Shown one piece after another: positions 38,878-49,178 of a stretch of 64,000 bases of DNA. Origin of the DNA: Candidatus Latescibacterota bacterium. Lineage in GTDB: Bacteria; Latescibacterota; UBA2968. The first letter of the stretch is position 1; each line of letters starts with the position of its first letter. The DNA lies in contig OZ244960.1 of the NCBI GenBank assembly GCA_965222605.1, positions 1,504,001 to 1,568,000 of the forward strand, read 5' to 3'. The notes under the pieces were generated by a model that did not search any database, was not told the origin of the DNA, and worked only from the letters and a program-made list of their open reading frames with translations. A program made the translations under genes and the position numbers.

Positions 38878-40077
38878 ATGAGATATTGTTCAATCTGCAT
38901 CATACTGGTGCTTTGCGCGGCACAGGTGTACGCACAACAACCCACCGGTGTCAAAGCCGGAGACACCCCCAACGACTCGGGAGGCAGCATCACCGTCACT
39001 TGGGTCCCCCCAGAAATCTCCGAGGGAATCAAATACACAATTTTAATCAGCGAATCTGAAACAGGTCCTTTTCATTCTGCCAAGATCAACGCGGGTGATT
39101 TGCAATCCAGTGATCCAGCCACCTTTGGGCATGGCGAAGAAACATTCCACAAGTTCTTTGCCAGAATCGCCAAATATGTTGATCCCGCCGACTCATCTAA
39201 AAAAATCGCCATAGAAAATGGTAAAACCTATTATGTACAGGTGATATCCATCTCCCCCTCTGGCGAATCATTTCCCTCTGCAGTCGCAAGCGCAGAAGCA
39301 TATGAAAATCTCTTCAACACGACAAAAACCAACAACTTCGTTCTCGGCACGATCTTCTCTCTCATCATTTTAGGCAGCATTTTTCTCGCGCAAAAACGCG
39401 AACTCTTCATCCGGCGCATCGCTGGCCTTGAAGCCCTCGACGAAGCCCTCGGCCGCGCCACGGAAATGGGCAAGCCCGTGCTCTTTGCACACGGATTGGC
39501 GTCTATGGGCAGTGTTTCTACTATTGCGGCAATCAATGTTCTCTCTCGCGTGGCGCACCGTACAGCCGAATTTAATACCGAATTGCGCGTGGCCAACAAT
39601 GACCCCGTAGTGATGGCCGTGAGTCAAGAGGTCGTCAAAGAATCTTATCTCAACGCCGGTCGTCCCGATGCCTACTCAGAAGACTCGGTCTTTATGGTCG
39701 CCACCGAGCAATTCAGTTATGCCGCAGCACTTGACGGCATGATGGTGCGCGACAGACCAGCCACCAACATCATGATGGGTTACTTCTACGCCGAATCTCT
39801 ACTTTTAGCAGAAACCGGCGCATCCATAGGCGCAATCCAAATCGCAGGCACTGACTCCTATACCCAATTGCCCTTTTTCATTACCACCTGCGACTATACG
39901 CTCATGGGCGAAGAACTCTATGCAGCGAGTGCGTATCTCGCCCGAGAACCCAAATTGCTGGGCAGCCTCAAAGGGCAGGACATCGGCAAAGCAGTGCTCT
40001 TAATCGTCATAATTTTTGGCACGCTTCTCGCAACCCTCGGAAATCAAACACTCACGCATATTTTTACCGCATATTAG
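38878..40077 (+). CDS. Fibronectin-III-like exported domain + DUF6754-like membrane domain protein
   Basis: Signal peptide, DTPNDSGGSITVTW; IRRIAGLEALDEALGRATEMGKP, AESLLLAE, QLPFF, DYTLMGEELYAASAYL. Confidence 0.75.
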   Translation: MRYCSICIILVLCAAQVYAQQPTGVKAGDTPNDSGGSITVTWVPPEISEGIKYTILISESETGPFHSAKINAGDLQSSDPATFGHGEETFHKFFARIAKYVDPADSSKKIAIENGKTYYVQVISISPSGESFPSAVASAEAYENLFNTTKTNNFVLGTIFSLIILGSIFLAQKRELFIRRIAGLEALDEALGRATEMGKPVLFAHGLASMGSVSTIAAINVLSRVAHRTAEFNTELRVANNDPVVMAVSQEVVKESYLNAGRPDAYSEDSVFMVATEQFSYAAALDGMMVRDRPATNIMMGYFYAESLLLAETGASIGAIQIAGTDSYTQLPFFITTCDYTLMGEELYAASAYLAREPKLLGSLKGQDIGKAVLLIVIIFGTLLATLGNQTLTHIFTAY

Positions 40078-40091
40078 CAGGGGATTCTTTT

Positions 40092-40751
40092 ATGCTTTTT
40101 TTAAGACGGACATTTCCGCTGATCATCGCCTTTGTAACGGGTATGATTGGCATTCTCGTTTTCTATATCCCACACAGCGGTGCTCAAAGTCTCGAACAAG
40201 AATTGACAAAATGGGATCGCATTGTCGCGGCCTTTGCCATGGTGTTGGGGATTTACAGCTTGATGCGCTTGCACTGGAACCGCGTGCGACGGCAGCAAGC
40301 CGCCTGGGGATATAGTTTTCTCGTTTTTGCCGGTTTCGCAGTCATGTTTATTTTAGCCATCTACAACGATGGGCAAGGCCCCCACAAACCCCAGGTAATA
40401 GATTCGGGTCCTTTTGTGTGGATGTTTGATAATGTACAGGTACCTGCCGATGCCACCATGTTCTCCATTCTCGCTTTTTTTATCGCCTCGGCGGCCTACC
40501 GCACCTTTCGCGCACGCACACCCGAAGCGGCAATCCTGCTCATAGCCGCCATCATCGTGATGATCGGTCGCATACCCATTGGTGCCCTCATTTCCGATTG
40601 GGTGCCATGGCTTTCCCAATGGCTCATGGCCGTGCCCAACCTGGCAGCCAAACGCGGCATTTTGCTCGGCGTCAGTCTTGGCGCTGTCGCCACAGCATTG
40701 CGCATCATCTTTGGCATCGAACGATCCTATCTCGGCGGAGGTGAAGAATGA
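40092..40751 (+). CDS. Conserved polytopic membrane protein
   Basis: About 6 TM segments; ATMFSILAFFIASAAYRTFR, LRIIFGIERSY. Confidence 0.75.
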   Translation: MLFLRRTFPLIIAFVTGMIGILVFYIPHSGAQSLEQELTKWDRIVAAFAMVLGIYSLMRLHWNRVRRQQAAWGYSFLVFAGFAVMFILAIYNDGQGPHKPQVIDSGPFVWMFDNVQVPADATMFSILAFFIASAAYRTFRARTPEAAILLIAAIIVMIGRIPIGALISDWVPWLSQWLMAVPNLAAKRGILLGVSLGAVATALRIIFGIERSYLGGGEE

Positions 40752-41578
40752 AAGGGCTTTTGCTCAATATCGACCGCCGCATCATCTTCGTTTTTGTCGC
40801 GCTCGGCGTCATCATTCCCGCGCTCACTTCCTTTAACCTGCCTATCAATCCCACTCCAAATGTGCAATCTATATACGACACAATTGAAGAAGTGGGAGCA
40901 AAAAACGGTAGCATCCTCATCTCCTTTGATTACGGTCCTGGATCCTTTCCCGAAGTACAGCCCATGGCCCTTGCAGTTTTGCGCCACTGTTTCAAGCGCA
41001 ATGTCAAAGTAGTGGGCATGTGCCTTTGGCCCCAGGCGGTGGGGCTGGCCCAACAAGCCCTCGATACAGCCTCAAAGGAACTGGGGGCAGAATATGGCAG
41101 CGACTATGTCTTTCTCGGATTTAAAACGGGATATCACTCGCTGGTTATCAACATGGGCCACGACTTCCACGGCACTTTCCCACAAGATTTACATGGCAAC
41201 AACACCACCGAATTACCTGTCACAAAAAATATAAATGGATTGGCAAACTTCGACTACGTGCTCTGCCTGGCAGCGGGCAACACGCCAGATGGTATCTGGA
41301 TACCCTACGGACAAGAACGCTACAAATTTAAATTTGGCCTCGGATGCACGGCTGTTATGGCACCCGATCAATTTCCCTACTTACAGTCGGGTCAAATGAA
41401 CGGCATGATGGGAGGATTGGCCGGTGCCGCCGAATATGAAACCCTCGTGCAAGCTTCCGGTACTGCTACTGAAGGCATGCGCCCCCAATCTGTTGTGCAT
41501 CTCATTATCATCGCCTTCATCATCCTGGGCAATGTGATGTACTTCCTCTATGGTCGGCAGAAAGGAGGGGCGCAATGA
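40748..41578 (+). CDS. Conserved membrane-anchored protein
   Basis: IDRRIIF N-terminal TM, YGSDYVFLG, PYLQSGQ, GLAGAAEYE, C-terminal TM. Confidence 0.75.
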   Translation: MKGLLLNIDRRIIFVFVALGVIIPALTSFNLPINPTPNVQSIYDTIEEVGAKNGSILISFDYGPGSFPEVQPMALAVLRHCFKRNVKVVGMCLWPQAVGLAQQALDTASKELGAEYGSDYVFLGFKTGYHSLVINMGHDFHGTFPQDLHGNNTTELPVTKNINGLANFDYVLCLAAGNTPDGIWIPYGQERYKFKFGLGCTAVMAPDQFPYLQSGQMNGMMGGLAGAAEYETLVQASGTATEGMRPQSVVHLIIIAFIILGNVMYFLYGRQKGGAQ

Positions 41579-42306
41579 GCCGCGATCAGATACTTTTTAT
41601 TGCCTTCTTGCTCGTCTTTGTCGCCATCAATATTTACCTTTTCGGCTCAAGTAGCCTATCCGTGGATTGGACCGGCTTTGGCACGTTTATCGCCGCTGGC
41701 ATTACCCTATCGCTTTACAGCTTTCTCTATAAAGACAATCCCCTCTTCAAATTTGCTGAAAACCTCTATGTAGGTGTAGCAGCAGCATACTCGCTCACCC
41801 AGGTTTGGTACACCGTTCTTTTGGCTGATGTCGTAAATCCCCTCTCCGAACTCAACGGGGAAAGCCTGAGCAATTTGTGGCTCATCGTGCCCACATTGCT
41901 CGGCCTCTTTATGCTCACCCAACTCTCCTCGGCGAAATTTAGCTGGCTCAGCCGAATTGCATTCGCATTTGTGGTCGGCCTGGGTTCGGGACTGGCTATT
42001 CCACGCGTCATTGCGGCCAATGTTTTGGCCCAACTGGAACCGACTATGCGACCTATAACAGCTACCTGGGAGGGATTCGATCTGCTTATTATTCTGGTCG
42101 GCGTGGTTACGGTACTCGTGTATTTCTTTTTCTCTGTCGAACACACCGGTCCCGTAGGTGTGGCGTCCAAAATTGGTATCTGGTTCCTCATGATCTCGTT
42201 TGGCGCGTCATTTGGCTACACCATCATGGCACGTCTTTCACTGCTAATCGGGCGCGTCGGGTTCTTGCTCGAAGACTGGCTCGTGCTCCCATTGCCTTAT
42301 TTTTAA
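41575..42306 (+). CDS. Conserved polytopic membrane protein
   Basis: YSFLYKDNPLFKFAENLYVG, FLMISFGASFGYTIMARLSLLIGR. Confidence 0.75.
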   Translation: MSRDQILFIAFLLVFVAINIYLFGSSSLSVDWTGFGTFIAAGITLSLYSFLYKDNPLFKFAENLYVGVAAAYSLTQVWYTVLLADVVNPLSELNGESLSNLWLIVPTLLGLFMLTQLSSAKFSWLSRIAFAFVVGLGSGLAIPRVIAANVLAQLEPTMRPITATWEGFDLLIILVGVVTVLVYFFFSVEHTGPVGVASKIGIWFLMISFGASFGYTIMARLSLLIGRVGFLLEDWLVLPLPYF

Positions 42307-42407
42307 CTTGGCGAGCAGTTGGGACTGGGGGCTACTGACCGCTGACCGCTCATTTGAAAAAAACCGGGAACGTTCAACCCTTATAGAAGTCCAAAGAAAA
42401 ATCGTAC

Positions 42408-43370
42408 ATGCCCAATTCCGTGCTGACAGTTGACAATCTCCAAACGCATTTTCATACAGACAGCGGAACAGCGAGGGCGGTAGATGGCGTATCATTCACG
42501 CTCAACAAGGGCGAAACCTATGGCCTTGTTGGTGAATCGGGGTGCGGGAAAAGTGTCTCTTCGCTGTCAATCATGCGATTGGTACCTCATCCTGGTCGCA
42601 TTGAAGGTGGGCATATTTTTTTTGAAAACCGAGACCTGGTATCCCTGTCAGATACCGAAATGCGCGACATACGCGGCAATGACATCGCCATGATCTTCCA
42701 AGAACCCATGACCAGTCTCAACCCGGTTTACACCTGTGGGTTCCAAATTGATGAAGCCGTAAGGCGGCACCAGGGATTAGAAAAAAAAGACGCGCGCAAA
42801 AAAACAGTTGAAATGCTTCACCTTGTGGGCCTTCCAGATCCCGAGCAACGCGCAAACGAATACCCGCACCAATTATCTGGCGGCCAACGCCAGCGCGTGA
42901 TGATCGCCATGGCCCTCTCGTGCAACCCCAAAGTGTTGATTGCCGACGAACCCACAACAGCACTCGACGTCACCATTCAAGCGCAAATCCTGGACCTATT
43001 GCGCGATTTGCAACAACAACTCGGCATGGCCGTCCTGCTCATCACACACGATTTGGGTGTTATTGCCGAGGCCGCCGATCATGTCGCGGTTATGTACGCA
43101 GGCAAAATTGTAGAAACCGGTCCAGCAGACGCGATCTTTCACAATCCCAAACACCCCTACACACAGGGGTTACTCGCATCAGTACCCCGTCTGGATATCG
43201 CGAACAATCGCCTCAAAACCATTCCGGGCACGGTACCCGAAGCCACGCAATTCCCATCGGGATGTCGATTTGCAGATCGATGCGAAAAGGTCGATTCAAT
43301 TTGCAGAGAAACCATCCCACAACTGCAAACAATTAACGGCGATCACCAGGCCGCGTGTTGGATGGCGTGA
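42408..43370 (+). CDS. Oligopeptide/dipeptide ABC transporter ATP-binding protein (OppD/DppD-like)
   Basis: [44 protein letters not shown]-terminal Cys cluster. Confidence 0.92.
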   Translation: MPNSVLTVDNLQTHFHTDSGTARAVDGVSFTLNKGETYGLVGESGCGKSVSSLSIMRLVPHPGRIEGGHIFFENRDLVSLSDTEMRDIRGNDIAMIFQEPMTSLNPVYTCGFQIDEAVRRHQGLEKKDARKKTVEMLHLVGLPDPEQRANEYPHQLSGGQRQRVMIAMALSCNPKVLIADEPTTALDVTIQAQILDLLRDLQQQLGMAVLLITHDLGVIAEAADHVAVMYAGKIVETGPADAIFHNPKHPYTQGLLASVPRLDIANNRLKTIPGTVPEATQFPSGCRFADRCEKVDSICRETIPQLQTINGDHQAACWMA

Positions 43371-43392
43371 GAGGTGAACATACTATTGATCC

Positions 43393-44343
43393 ATGCTTCT
43401 TAAAGTTCAAAATCTAAAAAAATACTACCCCATTTCTCAGGGACTTTGGGGACGCGACGCCGGGCATGTCAAAGCAGTAGATGACGTGAGTTTCGATATC
43501 TCTCCCGGCGAAACCCTCGGCCTGGTCGGCGAATCCGGATGCGGAAAAACCACAACCGGACGTGCTATTTTGCGCCTTATTGATGCGACATCAGGCACCG
43601 TGCGATTCAAAAATACCGACATTCTCTCCCTGGGAAAAAAGCAACTCCGCGCACTGCGCCGGCACATGCAAATCATCTTTCAGGACCCCTACGGATCGCT
43701 AAACCCCCGCCTCACCATCGGCGGCATCCTCTCGGAACCCCTGAAAATCCACGGCGACAAAACAAAAGATCGAGTCGCCGACCTGCTCAACACAGTGGGC
43801 TTATCTCCCGATGTCGCGCGCCGCTATCCCCATGAATTTTCCGGCGGACAGCGACAGCGCATTGGCATTGCACGCGCATTGGCCGTAAAACCGCAATTCA
43901 TTGTCGCGGATGAACCCGTGTCTGCACTCGACGTATCGATTCAGGCACAAATTGTAAACTTGCTCCAGGATTTACAGGCTCAGTTTGGCCTCGCCTATCT
44001 CTTTATCGCACACGACTTGAGCGTGGTCAAACACATCTCCAACCGCGTGGCAGTCATGTACCTGGGCAAAATTGTCGAACTGGCCGAAAGCCAGGAACTC
44101 TACGACAATCCGCAACATCCCTATACGCGCGCATTGCTTTCGTCAATTCCCGTGCCCGACCCGCGCATCAGAGGATCGCGCACCATTTTAACAGGTGATG
44201 TGCCCAGCCCGGTCAACATCCCTTCGGGCTGTGCATTTCATCCGCGCTGTCCCGAAGCAACGCCGGACTGCGCCCACCACAAACCAGCACTCTTAGACAT
44301 AGAACCCGGCCACAGCGTGGCCTGTATCTTGCGACACAATTAA
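43393..44343 (+). CDS. Oligopeptide/dipeptide ABC transporter ATP-binding protein (OppF/DppF-like)
   Basis: [47 protein letters not shown]. Confidence 0.92.
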   Translation: MLLKVQNLKKYYPISQGLWGRDAGHVKAVDDVSFDISPGETLGLVGESGCGKTTTGRAILRLIDATSGTVRFKNTDILSLGKKQLRALRRHMQIIFQDPYGSLNPRLTIGGILSEPLKIHGDKTKDRVADLLNTVGLSPDVARRYPHEFSGGQRQRIGIARALAVKPQFIVADEPVSALDVSIQAQIVNLLQDLQAQFGLAYLFIAHDLSVVKHISNRVAVMYLGKIVELAESQELYDNPQHPYTRALLSSIPVPDPRIRGSRTILTGDVPSPVNIPSGCAFHPRCPEATPDCAHHKPALLDIEPGHSVACILRHN

Positions 44344-44397
44344 TACGCCGGCGCCGAACCTGCGTACCTAACCACCCATTATTTTAAGGAGTCATAA

Positions 44398-47300
44398 GTG
44401 AAGGTCTTAAGAATATTAACGTTGCTGTGTCTCATCGGCCTCATATCCCACACCGCTCAGGCACAGCCCCCCTCTTTAGGCCCTGCCAAAGCCATTGGGG
44501 TTGACCTGGCCAATACCCTGCTGAACCGTCCGTCTCCCGATCAAAAAAGCTACACCTATTGGAAACCCGAAACAGCCGACGGCTTTTTCCCATCGCTTTT
44601 GGGACTGCGTACGGCTGGCGCTCAAATGATCCGCACCAGATATTTCAATATCTACTTCTCTACTGCCGAAAAAACCGCTCGTCACATTGCCGATTTCTGC
44701 GATGAAATTCTATCGAATCTCATGCGCCATTACCCCACCTTTGTCGATCGCATTGCACCCATCCACGTCGTCGTTGACGATCAAGCGGATTATTTGGGCA
44801 ATGCCTTTGCTGTGTACAGCGCCAATTACATCCACTTTTGGACCAATCCCATCGACTGGGAAATCCGCGGCACCAGCGACTGGGTACGCAATGTTTTTGT
44901 CCACGAACTCACCCACATCGTAACATTGAAAGCCGCCTATAAGGGCCTGCCATTCCAAATTGGCATCATCAACGCCTCTCGCGCCAATGAAAATCCCGAT
45001 TTCAGCTTTACACTCGGCCTGTATCACCTCGCCGTCAGTTCGGGTTTTGCCGAAGGCATCGCACAATACGAAGCCTCCCAATACGGCGACGACCGCTGGG
45101 ACACACACCGCGATATGCTCCTGCGCATGGCCGCGCTCGAAAATGATCTGCTCTCCCTACCCAGCATGGGGCAACTCGGCGGCAAGGGCAATTATCACGG
45201 CGAAATGGTCTATAATCAGGGATTTGCCATGCTCAACTACATTGGCGAACGCTTTGGACCCAATGTTGTCAGGCAAATTTTTGAACACAGACCCATTATC
45301 AACTTCAACTCCTCACTCAAAAAAGCCACAGGCGTATCGGCCAAACAACTCTATCGCGACTGGAAAACGCAGATTGGAGAACAATACAGCGCGGTTCAAA
45401 GCGACATCCAGGAAGCCGGCGAACGCGAAGGCGAATTGATCGTCGATAGGGGCAATTTGGACTATCACCCGGTCTATTCCCCGCAAGGCGATAAGCTGGG
45501 CTTTATCTCCAACGACGACAGCGACTATTTCATCACCGAACTCAAAGTGATGGACCTGACCACAAAAAAAATTAAAAAAATAGCCGACCGCGTCGATAAT
45601 CGCTTTGTCTGGACAGCCAGCGGCGACAGCCTGATGTACATCAAAGCCGTAGGTGCGCGTTGGGACATCTTCACGTATGACCTAAAAACCAAAAAAGAAA
45701 GCCGTGTCACCGTGGGATTGCGCGGCAAAGACCCCACCCTCTCACCCGATAGCAAACAAATCGCCTTTGTAACCATGAGAGACGGCACAGCCAACATCGG
45801 CCTTGTAAATATCGACGGTACCGATGTGCGATACCTCACACATAACAACGACGCCACACAGTATTTTGGCCCAAAATGGTCGCCCGATGGCAAACACCTG
45901 CTCTTCAGCGTATTCCGCACGGGCGAAGACCGCGACATTGCCATCATCGACGTGGATGCCACAACCTGGAAAAAGAAAGAGGGCAGGCGTTCGCTAAAAA
46001 AAGAAGAAGTTGACACACAACTCGACAGCCTCCAGCAAGCAAAGGCCGACAGCCTTAAAGCATTCCCCGACAGCCTCGCCTATGCCAACAATGCCAACTT
46101 CAAAGCCATCGTACACTCCACAGCCGACGAACGCGATCCCGTCTGGCTACCCGATGGCAGCGGATTTGTCTTCAGTTCAGACCGCACGGGCATCTTCAAC
46201 CTCTACACCCACGACATGGCGACCGGCGAACAAAAGCAACTGACCAATGTTGTGGGCGGCGCGTTTTTGCCCACTATTTCTCCAGATGCACAGGATGTGA
46301 TCTACGTGGGGTATCACGCAGCGAACTACAACCTCTATAGCATACCCCTGTCCGAAGCCATTGCCGTTGATCCCCCCGAAAGTGTTGAGCGAGACTATGC
46401 CGAGATTTATACCGGCAAATCCATCACCGACCTTCACGACATCGGGCGGTATTCCACGCGCCTCGTCTCTTACGGGATCACCCCCATCGCATTGCTGGGG
46501 CCCACATTTATCGGCAACCGATTCGGCCTGGATCAAATCAGCGCGGGTGTTCAATGGGCCTGGGGCGATCTGCTCGGCAACGACGTCTTTGTATCCACCG
46601 CCCTGATCGGCAAAAACTTCAAACGACAACAAGACTTCAACTCGGAATTTGCCTTCTTTTACCAGAACAGCCTCACCCCCATTCTATCTGAACAAAGCGC
46701 GTATGTCCCCCGCATTTTCTTTGGAGGCAGCAGGCAAACCATCAACAGCATCGTGGATTTGGGTACTGTCCAGGTCGTGCGCGATACACTCAGCGGCACA
46801 CTGATCACCCAAAACGACGAGGGGCAACAGGTTCTGATTCCCAATGTTACGCAGCACTTAGACCTCACGGTTACAGAAGAAGACGATTTTAAGGATGTAT
46901 TCTCCGACTTTACGATAGGCGCCGAAATGGGGGCAGGCCGCGGACACTATTTCAGCCTGGCTTATGGCTACCGCAAGTATTCTGAGAACCTGCACGCCGT
47001 CCAGGTCCTCCACGACAGCTCTCGCGTCTTTCAGACCAATTTGGGGACCGGTGATATTGAAGACATCACCGATCAGATCCCCGGTCCGGGCTATGCATCG
47101 CAAGAAACCATTCTCGACGACTTTCTCTATAAAGAACTCGATTTCTTCAAAAGTAACGAATGGATGGCCGGTTGGAGCTACATCACCCTCAAACCCGCAA
47201 CGGACCTCTACATCAACCCATCGGGCGGGCGCGCATTGTCCTTCCGCTATCGGCGCATCAATGCAACCGTGATAGATTCACTGGCCCGCACGCCAGATCT

Positions 47301-47973
47301 GAATGCGGATTTTACCCCAGACCCCATCGGCGAAGACCTATCACCCGCATTTTTCCGAGGCGATAAAGTCAATGTGGGATACAACGAATACATCGCCTCC
47401 CTCAACGAATTTATCCCGCTCGTCGGCCGCTCAACACTCGCCCTACAGGTCTTTGGAGCCTACAAAGACAGCTATGTCAAAGAAGTACAACAAGAAGGCG
47501 GCACATTCGAAGGCGTATTCTATTATCCCCTGCGCTATTATCTCGGTGGTCTGGGCACCTTGCGCGGCTATCCATATTTCACAATCTCAGGCGGCAAAGC
47601 CCTCTTTGGTCGGACTACGCTAACCCTGCCCATCTTTAAGCACATCGGCGCGGAACTGCCGCCCATCTTTTTCGACAAAGTTTACGCCTCGCTCTTCTTT
47701 GAGTTTGGAGGCACATCCAATGCCGCCAGCATCGGCGATATTTTTGACGTAAATGAAGAAGTACACAGTGGGCGATGGGACAAATTCAAAAACTCTTTCC
47801 TATTCGACTACGGCGCCGAAATCCGATTCCAGATATTTTCATATTACCGCTTACCCATGTTCGGCTATTTCATCGTCGCCCGTCCCACCAAACTCGAAGT
47901 CCCAGCCCGCAATGCCCCTGACATCATCGAAGAGGTAAGTGGGATGCGATTCTATTTTGGCCTGTCATTGTAA
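44398..47973 (+). CDS. Peptidase MA-like domain + TolB-like propeller + Omp85-like barrel protein (paralog of 6159..9200)
   Basis: Signal peptide; VFVHELTHIV, FAEGIAQY, RWDTHRDM; PD40 repeats; LGGLGTLRGY; C-terminal FYFGLSL. Confidence 0.75.
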   Translation: MKVLRILTLLCLIGLISHTAQAQPPSLGPAKAIGVDLANTLLNRPSPDQKSYTYWKPETADGFFPSLLGLRTAGAQMIRTRYFNIYFSTAEKTARHIADFCDEILSNLMRHYPTFVDRIAPIHVVVDDQADYLGNAFAVYSANYIHFWTNPIDWEIRGTSDWVRNVFVHELTHIVTLKAAYKGLPFQIGIINASRANENPDFSFTLGLYHLAVSSGFAEGIAQYEASQYGDDRWDTHRDMLLRMAALENDLLSLPSMGQLGGKGNYHGEMVYNQGFAMLNYIGERFGPNVVRQIFEHRPIINFNSSLKKATGVSAKQLYRDWKTQIGEQYSAVQSDIQEAGEREGELIVDRGNLDYHPVYSPQGDKLGFISNDDSDYFITELKVMDLTTKKIKKIADRVDNRFVWTASGDSLMYIKAVGARWDIFTYDLKTKKESRVTVGLRGKDPTLSPDSKQIAFVTMRDGTANIGLVNIDGTDVRYLTHNNDATQYFGPKWSPDGKHLLFSVFRTGEDRDIAIIDVDATTWKKKEGRRSLKKEEVDTQLDSLQQAKADSLKAFPDSLAYANNANFKAIVHSTADERDPVWLPDGSGFVFSSDRTGIFNLYTHDMATGEQKQLTNVVGGAFLPTISPDAQDVIYVGYHAANYNLYSIPLSEAIAVDPPESVERDYAEIYTGKSITDLHDIGRYSTRLVSYGITPIALLGPTFIGNRFGLDQISAGVQWAWGDLLGNDVFVSTALIGKNFKRQQDFNSEFAFFYQNSLTPILSEQSAYVPRIFFGGSRQTINSIVDLGTVQVVRDTLSGTLITQNDEGQQVLIPNVTQHLDLTVTEEDDFKDVFSDFTIGAEMGAGRGHYFSLAYGYRKYSENLHAVQVLHDSSRVFQTNLGTGDIEDITDQIPGPGYASQETILDDFLYKELDFFKSNEWMAGWSYITLKPATDLYINPSGGRALSFRYRRINATVIDSLARTPDLNADFTPDPIGEDLSPAFFRGDKVNVGYNEYIASLNEFIPLVGRSTLALQVFGAYKDSYVKEVQQEGGTFEGVFYYPLRYYLGGLGTLRGYPYFTISGGKALFGRTTLTLPIFKHIGAELPPIFFDKVYASLFFEFGGTSNAASIGDIFDVNEEVHSGRWDKFKNSFLFDYGAEIRFQIFSYYRLPMFGYFIVARPTKLEVPARNAPDIIEEVSGMRFYFGLSL

Positions 47974-47997
47974 AGCCACCTGTCTTACTCGCAATCC

Positions 47998-48032
47998 AGT
48001 GCTCCGCCTGTGTTATAAGGCGGGGCACTTTT
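47998..48032 (+). terminator. Rho-independent terminator-like hairpin
   Basis: agtgctccgcct-gtgttata-aggcggggcact followed by ttt. Confidence 0.55.
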
Positions 48033-48048
48033 CGCTATTTTAACGCTT

Positions 48049-48915
48049 ATGTTGCAACTCATCCACGCGATGCGCCCGCGCGAATGGGTCAAAAATGTCT
48101 TTGTGCTGGCCGCACTCGTTTTTACCAAACGCATTTTTGAACCCGACGACCTCCTGCAAGGCAGCCTGGCCTTTCTCTGTTTTTGCCTCATATCTGGCGC
48201 AGCGTATCTTTTTAACGACATTCGAGACAGGGAAAACGACCGCCAGCATCCCCTGAAACGCCATCGCCCGATAGCCTCGGGTGCGTTGCGTATCTCCGTC
48301 GCCGCCATCGCAGCTGTCCTCCTCGCCCTGAGCGCTCTGATCGGGGGATTTTATGTGCATCCCCATTTTGGCCTCGTTCTTCTGATCTATGCAGTACTGA
48401 ACATCGCCTATACGCTGTACCTGAAACACATCGTCATCCTCGATGTCATGATCATTGCCGCGGGATTTCTTCTGCGCGCCATCGGCGGTGCAGTGGCGAT
48501 TCAGGTCGCCATCTCCTCCTGGTTCATCCTCTGTACCATGCTACTGGCTCTTTTTCTTGGCTTTGCCAAACGCCGGCATGAAATCGCCCTGCTCGAAGGA
48601 GATGCCAGCACCCACCGCCGCATCCTCGAAGAATATTCCCCACAATTTCTCGACCAGATGATCGCCATCGTCACAGCCGGCGCACTGGTATCATACGCGC
48701 TTTATACCATGTCGCCCGAAGTCATTGAAAAACTCGGCACCAAATACCTCAACCTCACCATACCCTTTGTGGTCTATGGTATGCTGCGCTACCTCTATCT
48801 CATCTACAAAAAAGATGGAGGCGGCAATCCCACCTCCACCGTATTGGGTGATTTCCCTCTTCTGACCGCTTGCGCGCTGTGGTTGCTAACTTTGGGTGTA
48901 ATACTCTACGTTTGA
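48049..48915 (+). CDS. UbiA-family prenyltransferase (decaprenyl-phosphate phosphoribosyltransferase-like)
   Basis: RPREWVKN, YLFNDIRDRENDRQHPLKRHRPIASG, LGFAKRRHE, YGMLRY. Confidence 0.85.
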   Translation: MLQLIHAMRPREWVKNVFVLAALVFTKRIFEPDDLLQGSLAFLCFCLISGAAYLFNDIRDRENDRQHPLKRHRPIASGALRISVAAIAAVLLALSALIGGFYVHPHFGLVLLIYAVLNIAYTLYLKHIVILDVMIIAAGFLLRAIGGAVAIQVAISSWFILCTMLLALFLGFAKRRHEIALLEGDASTHRRILEEYSPQFLDQMIAIVTAGALVSYALYTMSPEVIEKLGTKYLNLTIPFVVYGMLRYLYLIYKKDGGGNPTSTVLGDFPLLTACALWLLTLGVILYV

Positions 48916-49039
48916 TCGCACTTGAGAAAGTCGGGAAAAGGATTTCCCTCCTACTCGATGACGCGATACGCAGATCAGAAAAATGACGCCATTGGAGCGG
49001 CATCCTTGCCGCAATCACAACTCGGGTTATCGCATACAA

Positions 49040-49086
49040 CCGATGACTGGCCTGGACATCAGCCAGTTCATCGGCTTTTGTTTTTT
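49040..49086 (+). terminator. Rho-independent terminator
   Basis: ccgatgactggc...gccagttcatcgg followed by cttttgtttttt. Confidence 0.6.
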
Positions 49087-49178
49087 ACCCCCTGCACGCG
49101 GGCATTGTGAAAAGACCTGGTATTTTGTATTTTCAATTCGCTGATCGTTTTTAATCTCTTCACACAAGGAGTTCCCGA

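Noticed and set aside
48922-49110. 62-aa ORF or ncRNA between the UbiA-family gene and the sulfatase
   Set aside because: TTG start without an evident RBS, runs through a terminator hairpin, and no RNA family recognised.
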